64,000 nucleotides of DNA from Ylistrum balloti (taxonomy: Eukaryota). Positions 42,201-54,200 of this stretch are shown piece by piece. The notes under the pieces were generated by a model, which saw only the letters and a list, made by a program, of their open reading frames with translations, had not been told where the DNA came from and did not search any database. Position numbers and translations under genes: made by a program. The stretch lies in contig NW_026781961.1 of assembly GCF_031769215.1 (NCBI RefSeq), positions 1,798,001-1,862,000 on the forward strand, written 5' to 3'. Numbering within the stretch: position 1 is the stretch's first letter; the number at the start of each line of letters is the position of its first letter.

Positions 42201-45200
42201 GAACAATTTAGCTGTATTAGGTACAGGCATATATTAGATAGATGTCAGATGACTGAACAAGTAAATTACCTGTTCATGAGCAAAGGACAATAAGCCACCC
42301 TGGTACTTAAGAACTAGTAAATCCACCAGAACTTCTGTAAACAATGCTAAGAAATTCCATGTTAAAGCTTGGATGAGATCCAGGAGTTCCATCTCTGTCA
42401 ATCCACTTCGACTCACATATATATATCGCAGGATCTGTCAACAAAGCCATGTTTGTCATTAACCTTGTGTATACTACAGTAGCCCAGTTACATGTAATTT
42501 CCCTCAGTTACCTGTAATTTCCCACAGCTGCCGGCTATTTCCCTCAGATACCTGTTATTTCCCACAGTTGCCTGTTATTTCCCTCAGATACATGTAATTT
42601 CCCACAGCTGCCTGCTATTTCCCTCAGATACATGTAATTTCCCACAGCTACCTGTAATTTCCCACAACTGCCTGCTATTCCCCTCAGATACCTGAAATAT
42701 CTCACAGCTGCCTGCTATTCCCCTCAGATACCTGAAATTCCCACAACTGCCTGCTATTTCCCTCAGATACATGTAATTTCCCACAACTACCTGTTATTCC
42801 CCTCAGATACCTGAAATTTCCCACAACTGCCTGCTATTCCCCTCGGATACCTGAAATTTCCCACAACTGCCTGCCATTTCCCTCAGATACATGTTATTTC
42901 CCACAACTACCTGAAATTTCCCACAACTGCCTGCTATTTCCCTCAGATACATGTAATTTCCCACAACTACCTGTAATTTCCCACAAGCTATCAGATACCT
43001 GCAATATTCACAGCTCCTATTTCAGATACCTGCTATTTCCCACAACTACCTGCTATTTCCCTCATATACCTGTAATATCTCGCAGCTACCTGCTATTTCC
43101 TTCAGCTACTTGCTACATCCTTCAGCTACCTGAGGCTACCTATGCATTAACACTAAAAGCAATGCTCACCGTCTTCAGGAAACCACGTGTGTCATGTGAC
43201 TCGAGTGATAATCTCACAAGGTCAAGGACCTTGCTGTACAGACTCACACAGTCAGGACACGTCAACATCACATCCAGGTGGCGACCCACTTTACCCTCAT
43301 GTTTAGCATAACTGAAAAGAAGAAATATTTTAGTACAAGATGGTGGAGGAACATACAGACCTATATATATGGTGAGCTAAGAACAAGATGGACTAAATTA
43401 TATAAAGGAAGGGAACCTTGTACCATAATATAAATGAGATATAAGTGACAATAAAAAGACACAGAACTTTGTGGCAGGCAGTGGCCATGATTCATGAAAA
43501 GGAAAATAACTAAGGGCACTTTCACAAAAGCAGCTGAAATAGTTGGACAGGTTGAACCTGCAAGAAAAAAGCTTAGTACAGATTGGGACTCAGACTGGAC
43601 TGCAGAATATTTAGCATGTGTATTTTGAGTGGTCCAGCTGTACCTGTCCGAAACTAATTTGCTGAATATCATAAGTTTTCAGAATTTCATCAAAAAAGTA
43701 GGGTACATGCACTCATATTTCTGGGAGCATTGTGGTATAAAGTATGAGTGAAATGGATGGTATCTTAACTTTAGTTAATTGATTTATGCTTGACAGGACA
43801 TTCCGAAACTTTTCTTACTTGATAGATATCAGGACCAACATCCGGTACAAGTGCATTTGCATAGAGTGGAATAATTCCAGACCACCTGAACCATTTTAAC
43901 ATGGTTTCACAAATGCAGCCTAATTCAGTAAGACAAATGAAGCTAACACATTAATGTTTAACTTGCTAGCACCAATATTATGAAAAATAAATACAAATTA
44001 TCTGTACCTTGTTCTGGTAATTAGTGGGTTCCCCATGAGTATGGCAAGGAGAACCAACAGAATGTGTATGGTGAACCCTTAATACATGACTGCTGCCAAA
44101 TTTCAACCAAGCATTGTCCTTACTGAACACAAGATTGGTGAGGACAGTGAGTAATGCCATTCACAACACAATGACTTACCTGGCTATATGACGAGCTAGT
44201 ACCATGACATAGAGAGGACAACATGTGGCTGCTGTACGACAGTGAGTAAGGATCAGTGTCTCCTCATCTTGGCTTATCTGTGTATCCTGTATAGCAAGCT
44301 CTGCATGGATTAGCTCCTTCACATTCTTGTTACTCAGTGGCTCCACCTGTAGGGTTGGCCAAGATCTAAGGGGAGACAAAGAATTGAAAAATAAGTTTTG
44401 TGAGAAATCCCATATCTCAGGACAAATTTCAAGTATAAATGAAAATGAATGAAAGACTAAAACTCTGTACGATTGATCTATACCGAGAATCTCAATTACA
44501 TTTTTGCCAGAGAAATATCACTTACTGTTATCTACCAAAGGGTTATAACTCTGTAAATACATAGCCAATAGACTCAATGTAATTAAGTTCCATAAAGCTT
44601 ATCAATCCATGAGATTTTTGCATTAGATAAAGTAAAAGGCATGTGATATTGTTGGAGATAGGCCCAGGTCAATGTAATACACTGACTGACAGACAGATTA
44701 GCTAGTCTATACTCCTATACAGTAACAATGATGGACGGGAATCTAGAACGAAAACAGGAAATATCTTTTAAACATTTAATCATAATTGTTATCCAATTTG
44801 TTCTATTATTAACAAAAATTAAAAATATCAATATCTGTAATATATGTTACAAGATAAATTTTGACGGAATCAAACTAGATATAAGTTATTTATAACTGAG
44901 ACAACAATTATATAGACAGCTTCCTGGTTCTTTACCTCCATGCCTGAGGACAAGTCTCATCCGTGACAGACACAATCACTCTTGTATCTACAGGTAAGGG
45001 ATCTAGTAACCACTTTAGATGTACCTCAGCTTGCTATAGAGAGACAAAGCACAACAGCAATGTTCATCTGGCAATAAAGATAAGTTCACATCTAAATATT
45101 AATTCACAGCTGTAATGTTTTTAAACAGTTTCATGTAGTTAATTTGCCTGAGGCTAAATCCAGTTAAGTAGCCAATCAAACAGATGGTTAACACTTTCAT

Positions 45201-48200
45201 TTATTTAGAAATAACAGAACATATTTGACCTTTGACCTATGTAGGTACAAGAACCTTGACCCTTGGCCTATGCTGACCCTAAATCCAGGCACTAGATTGA
45301 TGCTGTATTGTGACTGGTGAATCAACTTCTGAAGAGCATAGATAACCCAGATATGTCACTTTCTTTATAAACACTGTTAGAAACATGACCATAAAAATCA
45401 TATTTTGTTTGAAGATAAAGGAAACCACATAGTCACTGGTTGTATTTCCTCATACATGTAAATCATGCTGGCAATGAATTCTACCTGAAATCTGTCAATG
45501 GAGTCCATAACCAGTATCACTCCGCCCACTGTTTTGGCTGAAACCTTCTCCAACCAACGTGGAAACTCCTCCACAAGACGCCCAGGGTCACAGGTCAAGG
45601 CTGGTGGTGAATTTACTTGTTGCATCAACTGTCAAAAGACACAGACATTCAACTTGTTTGAATGAAATATATCCCACACCTGGACTTCTGATGCTACTAT
45701 GTGTAATTTGCAACATGTGGAACACTTCTAATACTACTATGTGTAATTTGTAATATTTTTGAACACTTCTAATGCTTCTAAGTGTAATTTGTAATATTTC
45801 AGAATAATTTCTTCAGATTGATATTATTAGATATTCCCACCTATATTATGACTATTTAAACTAGAAAATGTCTGTAAGACATGAATGCATGAAGTCTTTC
45901 CATACTTGATACTTGTATGAAGTTTCATGAAAATTGCCTTCCGAATGAAGTTGTTAGGTGGTATATACTGATTTGGGACGCGACGGGACGGGACGGACAG
46001 ACATGGGCAACGCTATATGCCCCCGGCCATAAATGGCGGGGGCATAAAAATATATACTCAGCTAACTGAGAGTCAATTATTGTCTTTCAGAGGCTCTATT
46101 ATTTTTCCTTTTAAACTTTATTAATTTTACAACAATAGCGAAACAAGTTTTTCCAACTTATATAAATCACTCTTGTTGGCGTGGATAGAAGTGCACAAGG
46201 GGTTTTACTGTAGGACAAAACCGAGTATGTTGGGAAAACCAAGATGGTCTGGTAGGTGACCCTAATTACCTTTTCACATCCGTTCTAAGAGTTAATCCCA
46301 TGATATGTAGGTAAGAGGCGTATGTATTACAACTATGACATCCAATCATCCTATATTCATTCCTTATGATAAATATCACAATATATCATACCTGGTTAAT
46401 TTTTAACATCTTTAACTATAACTAATTATCTGACATAAATTAACATGAATGAAGTTATATCTAACTTACATCATCATTTAATCTTCAAATCTAATGCCAA
46501 TGACTGTGATATCACTTACTTGTGCAGTCAGTCTTCGTATCATATTGACCGCATCAGCACTGACCGATGAGTTACTACCTACGAAGTGATACAGAACGAG
46601 ACTGCTTGGCACTTTCTCCTGCTGTAACTGTATCCTGTCAGAAAAAAACATTATATGATCAATTACACAATGGCTACCTTCAGAATAAACAAAATTTAAT
46701 GTAGAACAAATTTTTTCTTGTCAGTGTCTAATTTTTGTTATTTTCTTTTCTGCAAGGTGAATATTGTTAATATCAAACAGCTAAATATTTGTACAGGTTG
46801 TTACAATTGTTTTTATCCTGTTGTTTCCATTTTTCATGGTTACTAAAAGTTTAAACCAGTAAGTTTTACAGAAAGTTATGGAGAGTTTCAGTTCTCCTTA
46901 AAATATGTCATTTTCAAGGTACTTTTTTGGATATCATTCAGTCTTCAAAAATTGTGAAAAACAGAACATCCTGATAATATTTCAGATTTCCAACTGGAAA
47001 CAAGATTCATGCAGCAAAGAGGACAGTTTTTTAGTTTCAAGGATGACCAAGAAAAGCTTGCAGTCAAAAAGTCGTACCACTTGGCGAGGAGCAGTGAACG
47101 TCCTGTTCCAGCTGATCCAGTCATCAACAATGGAGGTAGGGGCCCGGCAGAGAGGACATGACCATTCAGTCTCTCATAGTGCTACAAAAACACAACTCAA
47201 ATCATCTAACTTCATCATAGTTAAATGAAATATAAAGATAGGTCATTCAAAAATTGACAACGCAATCTAAGTGAGTGACTAGTGCTTTTTAAGAAGTAAA
47301 ATTACAATTCAGTGTATTTTAGGGAAATACTTCTTGAGAGTATAGCAATAGATAAGTAGCTAAGCTAATACAAATTTCAATGATGCCTTGAATAAGTGTT
47401 AAATCCTAATATTACTGATTTTGACCCATAACTACCGTTTGATACTATTATTCTAAATTAACTGTTGGTCTGTAGTGGGAGTCTGACTACAAACTTACTT
47501 TTTCAAAGCCGAGCTCACAACTTGAGCGTTTGGCAAAATTGATGGCTTCCATTTGCTCCAGGTCACCATGGATATCGAATATAGACCCCCCACAGAGTTG
47601 TTCCGGACCCTCCCCCTCCACAAGTCCGCTGTCCTCATCCTCCTGTTTCTCCAGCTTATTACCTACACCTAGTTCCTAAAATAATCAAAAGAAACATTAG
47701 TATTTTTTCACCTGACATCCTTTTCTATAAATGGACACAGTATACAGGAAAGCATTCACTCTGGGATTTTTTTGCTATCACATAAAAGAGTAAGTTCCAA
47801 TTTTGAAAATTAACCATGAAGATCAGTGCTAGATCTGTGGACTAAGGAATCTATTTGTCAAGTTTTGGAAAAGATTTTATAGTCTTGCAATAATTTCATG
47901 CAATACTGACCACCAAAAGTAAAATATGGCGAATGGCCTAAAAATAGATCAATATCTTCATTGACAATGTACAAATATAGAAATTTAATGTGCATCATAA
48001 TTTCAGCATTCAAACTTTTCATGAAACAAACTCTTATTACCAAACTGACAGAAAAAATGTTTTCTTTCCATGAGTAGAAATCTTGTGATTTTTACAATCT
48101 TTGAAAGGATTCAAACGTTCTTTCAGGACACAGCTCCATTTAAAGATTATGCTGATACTTACTCCCTTCAGAATTTTTTCCAGTTCAGCACTAGCCTGTT

Positions 48201-51200
48201 CTACTCCCCTACTGGGTACAGTGTATCCGTCTACGACCTTGGCACATCCCATTTCCCTGACTTTGACCTTCAGGTCCTTGGCCTCACCTTGACTTGACCT
48301 ACTTCTGTGTTTAACGAAATTCACAGAGAAAACAATATATAAATTGTTTTTTTCTTATTTTATTTTTTTTTTAATATTTATTGACCGCTTAAAGACATCA
48401 ATTTCCTATGTTAAGGATTAGATCATATGAGATTTATATAATATTATTGGAACTTATCATGTGTCTTACTGTTTTGTTAAATTACTATATAGAATTACTT
48501 TACTTACTGTAACATCATTGATTAATACATAAATATCAATAGATAGAGAACTACGCTAAGATGTCTTTAGAAACAATATATAATATCATAGAATTATATG
48601 CCTAATATTTGTCCTGCGATAAAAAGATATTAAAAATGTTCCCATTTATTGCACACAAAAAAAATGATGGAACCTGTCAAAAAATTGTAATTTTTGTTTG
48701 CAGGATCGCATAAGATTTGTAAACTTTTAGATGAAAACTGAAGTTAAATCTGGCATGAATAAATAATTTTAATTTACGCATAATAAAACAAAAATCACTT
48801 CAATGGAATCTAAATCAATGGTTATACATGCATATCAATGATACAGTACACTTATTTATATCATACCCTTTTGGTTCTCTGAAGCAGAAGACAGACGACC
48901 GCCATGTTGGATTGTCGAAGAATCCATGTTTGTATTCTGTAGCTGTAAACCTGAGAGATGAAGATCATTGATCATTATTAGTGCATCTGACAAAATCATT
49001 GATCATGGTCATATATAAGACGGAAATTGCTGATCATATTTCATGTATTAGACAAAAAACATTTCATTATTCTTAGTTCATCTGACAAAATCATTTTATC
49101 ATTCTTGGTTCATCAGACAAAATCATTTTATTATCCTTTATTCATCGAACAAAATCCTTGATTATCGGACTGTATTTGTCTAAAAATTAACTTTAACAAG
49201 TCTTAGATATAAAAGCTATGAAATACAGTTTTAGCGTATAACACAATTCAAGTTCTAACAATTTTCACAACATCGCAGAACTTTCACAGCAATTTTCTAC
49301 TTTGTCAAAAAATGTATTAAACAATTACAGCGTAAAAGATGAAAATTTACAAACACAACTGTTTTCAGGCAATAGCACTGAGCGTTTAAGAATTTCATTT
49401 AAAACGCCAGAAGCTGAAGAACATTTACATTTAAAATTCAGTCTGAATGAATGACAAAAGAAAATCAAAAACAGCTTGGATGTTATCTATCTAGCAACAA
49501 CTCATACCTGGTAAAAAGTTGATATACATTTTCAGAAGAAATACCAACAAATACTCGATCACTGCTATGTATTAAGTCAGGAAGGATGTGTGTTGGCTCC
49601 TTGGACTTATTGCAAGAAAAGTACAATAATTATATTAATATTGAAATGAAATTTCACCAAGGAAAAGTAAAACGGCTTCATCAAGTCACAGTGGAGTAGC
49701 AATCTGAGAACATCCTTTCCTGTTGTAGCTCCATAAGTATGACATGAGGAAATTGTCCTCAGAATTAGAGAGGTAACTAAATGCGTTACCTGTCTGTGGC
49801 ATCTCCTAGGAAGGCTAAAAAGATGGAAGACTTGGCAATCTGTTTCTGTCTCGTACTGATCTGGAGGTCAACCTAAAACAGTTTAATGATTAAGACACTT
49901 TGAAATGTATACTACAGCTTGTATTGGAGATAGTTGTGTCCCACGTCATATTCATGTCCAATGTCATACTCATGTCGAATGTCAAATTTGTGTCTAATAT
50001 CATACTCCTGTCCAATGTCGTAACTGCGTCCAATGTCAAACTGCATTTATTTAACATTAGTTCAATAAAATTTCATGTAACACAGGCCTTTTGGAGAGTA
50101 ATGTATAAAATCAGAGACAAGTTCCATGAATTTAGCATGATAATGACATGAGGCCAACAGGGATGATTGATTTAAGTTGAAAAAGCTTCTTTAACAATTG
50201 TTTTAAAATCCATAAAATTTCACTTATTATTAAATTTCTTCTAACATAATTAGAAGATGACTCTATCACATCTTGAAATTTGTGGCAGTATGTGATTGTA
50301 CAGTCAGAAATTAAATTTTACTGGTAATATGTAGCAGATCTAGAGACTGTGAAATGAACACTGTCACTTATCAATCAAATATGTTGTTACACTTTAAAAA
50401 TAAATTTTGGGATAATCTACCTGTGGGATATACCATACATCAAGGCATTATCTAATTTCTGTGAATTTAGTGACCCTTTCAAAATCTTAATAAAATTGAA
50501 ATTTAAAAATTAGCATGTTTTTTTTCTTTTCATTGCAAACAAATGAGTAATACATCTGTAGAGTTGATGTACCTATATGCACCTGAACATTTTCTAGTCA
50601 TGAATACTTCTATTGTAAACAAATACTAGTTGGTATGTAAATCTAATGATCTAGTACAACTGGTCAGTTAGATCTCCAGTTAATGACAGAACCTAGGTAT
50701 ACTGCTGTATGTATAGGATAAGTAAATTCAGAAATAAAGTCTTCAAACAAGGCTTTTAAAATTTCTGAGACGAGGAAATCAAAGAAAACGAAATATGAAA
50801 AATTTGCAAAGAGTACATTTGGGTAATTTTCACAAAAATTGCATAGCCTAAAAATATCATGACATACAATATCAAATGATTTAATGCTAGTTTGTTTTCC
50901 CCTTCTTGAAAACTCACAAACTGGATGGTAATGTTAAGACAATATACATTCCAGTAAAAGGTATTCTTACCTGGGTTGATGGTGGGTTGTTCTCGTCAAA
51001 CACTAGATGAACTAAAGCCAGGCTTCGACCTTCAGCTTCACAGATACTAGACAGTTTTGGCATGTATTCCTGAAAAAAAAACCAAGTCAAGCTCACATTA
51101 TTTCTATCATAAAGAAGTTTTAAATGTAATATCAAATGTGTTGTAATAAAACAGGACAAGACAAAAGGAATCTTTCTAAGACATCTTTCACCTGATTGAG

Positions 51201-54200
51201 TTTTAATATCTCTGATTACTAGTATTATAGGGAATTTTTCTTCATGTATAAATCACAATGTTCAATATCCTATTGTTGAGTATTTCCACCAATGAGTAGG
51301 AGCCCGTTGAGCTGACAAAGGACTGGGTACAAGCCTCACTAGACAGATATATGTTATATCAATCACTCACCTTGTTGAGTATTTCCACTTCAGCATGCGA
51401 GTCCCGTGGAGCAGATATATAGACTCTAAGAACGTGACTAAGGGAATGTTCTGGGATAACTGGCACCATCTGGGTCAGATTGGCCAATACTGAGCTCCAG
51501 TCCTCTTTAAACAGTAAGCAAGTATGTTAAGTTAAAAGAGAATAGGTCAAGGTCACATAAAATTGTATTTATCACACACAATATTTAATAGCCTCATTTA
51601 AGACGGTTTGATGGATAAAGTTGAGTAAATATAACAAATCACAAAATTTTATCTAGAGATACACAGAATTGTAAATTTCATATATGTAAGCTTAACCATA
51701 CTGCATGAAAATTTATCTATTCATTTTGTTTTTCTTTGCAGAAAGATCAAGGTTGTGTGAGGTTGCTGTCATTGATTGTTGGGATTATCTGGTATGCAAA
51801 ACTGACAGAGCAAGTAATCAATAATTTTCTATGAGCAAATAATGATAAATACAACTATTTGTGTATTATAACAATTAATTTTACAAACTATCAGAGCTGA
51901 CATCACCCAAAATCAGGACAAAGTGTATAAACATCACCTAACAAGACCTGGAAATTACTAATCAGTAAAGAGATTACTAGTCAGTAAAGAGATTACTAAG
52001 TGGTAAAGACAGTGGTCTGTGTGGAACACTCTGTTCTACATCATGTTGGATATTGCAACAAAGAAGCCATATGCACATGTCTACTTGTGTAATGGCAGAA
52101 GTTAGCTTTGACACATTAGTATGCAGAGTGTGAACTGAAACTTTATTATGACTCAAGATTTATTATTTATTTAAATCTGTCTCACTTGGTTGTCTCATTG
52201 CGACCGTATGCCTATATAACACTGTTTTGAAAGATGGTAGCAATATTTGAACCATACAACTCTCGCTAGAAGTCATGGGTAAATTGTTGGAGTTTTAGAG
52301 CCAGTTAGAAAGCTAGGATTGGTAGTAACACCTACTTCTAAGGGCTGTGTCAATAGGTGAAGCTATAACTGTGTTGCATTTAGCCTAAAAGCTAGCTGAT
52401 TTTATTTACATTTTATTTGGAATCCATTTTCTTACAAGTATAATCTTTTGATAAACTTATAATAAATGAAAGTTTTATCTCTTTTTAAGTCATGGCTTAC
52501 TAGACAAACATTTCTTTTGACTCACACTATATAAATCTATATTCTGGGAATTTCTACCTTTTGCTACAGTTTTCACAAGTTTCTTTTATCTTGTCAGTAT
52601 ACAAGTCAGAGCTTGTTGGGAGACAGGGAATCTGCCTTTTATCATTTAAATATAATTTTTTTCCTACCTCTATTGACATTTGTAAAGGGTCCATCTGTGT
52701 CCATCATACTGTGGGCAAACTCTGGTCCTTTGATGGTAGGCTGATGGAGCTGTATTGTACTGCCTAAAGATGGTTCACTTTCTAAAGCTGTCCACCAGTC
52801 TCCAGGGTTACCTAGTACACACAAAATAATGATGATGTACACACAATGTGGTGACACTGTGTACATTGATGTACACAGAAATTGTGACACTGTGTACATT
52901 GAGAATGTAAAATCAAAACACATATCAGGATCATTTAAACATGAAAGATAAAAAAAATTTGCAAAATCTTATTTACAACCCTAACAAAATTGAATTCAAT
53001 TGTTATTTATATATGGTAGGTCCTCCAAATGTGACCCTACAGGAAAAATATGATTAAATATCTGTCCTAAAAGTCACGGATGATTTTACTACGTAAATAT
53101 ATACGTATCTTGTGAAAAGAGTATCTTTTTGACTTTTTTTATATTTTAATAATCGAAGAGGTTTTCAAATAGCGATTTCCCCCGAAATATGGAGGGGCAA
53201 AGCATTAGGTCATACAGAAATATCAAACATAAAGGACAAACCTTATTTGATGTTCTTGGATTCAAAAGTATCATATCGTTCTTACAGGTTGAAAAAATGG
53301 ACATTTTCAGTTTCCTAGTACACAGGTTTTCCTATGTAATTAATCTTACCCATTCCAGGTTCTATGAAGTCACTATTGGAGGCTGTATCAGCATCATCAG
53401 AGTAGCCATGAGTCAGCTTAGAAAGTTTGTTTTCTAGCTCTCTTTTGGCACGTAATAAATTCTGGATTTCATATTCTTGGTTTTCTCTGAAAATCTGAAA
53501 AATATACAAAACATTTAGTGTTACTTATATTAAAAAATAAATTGTTCACAATGATTTCATGAGATTTGGAAGAATAACAAAGGTCAAGGACGCTTACATT
53601 GGTGATATGTATTATGCATATTTCATATTCACAATCCCATACAGTGCTTTCATCTCCGAGTTTTGTAAATATCCTTACAGTAGTTCTAGAGAAGTAGCAT
53701 TATCAAGATTTATTTACATATGAATGGATTAAAATGAATCTGTGCAAACAGTAATTTAAAAAGTCACATATTTTATGACTCACTTTGAATTGTCGTTGTA
53801 CTTTGTCTCTGTCCTGTTCAAATGCCCCAGATCTAGCCAGAGCCTGCTGTTCTGCATCTAAAGCCCCATCCCTCTCTGTTCGTAAATTGGCACATGTTTT
53901 CTGCAGCACCAGGAGTTCAGCTCGAAGCCTTTTATTTTCTATTGTAAGCCTTTGTTCTTTTCTCTGCATATTTGCAATATCATTTTCTTTGTTCAATCTG
54001 AAGTAAGACGTATATACACTATATAACTGTAAATTTTACTATAATCAAAATACATGTCATGTTTTTCCTTCATGTACAATTGCGTTGTAACAAAGACAAA
54101 TTCAAACATTGAAAAAATTCCTTATAATGTCTGACATTTTACTGTTACAAGGTGAACAACAACACTTTTTCTTCCTTTTCAACAACTCTTCATTAGGGAA

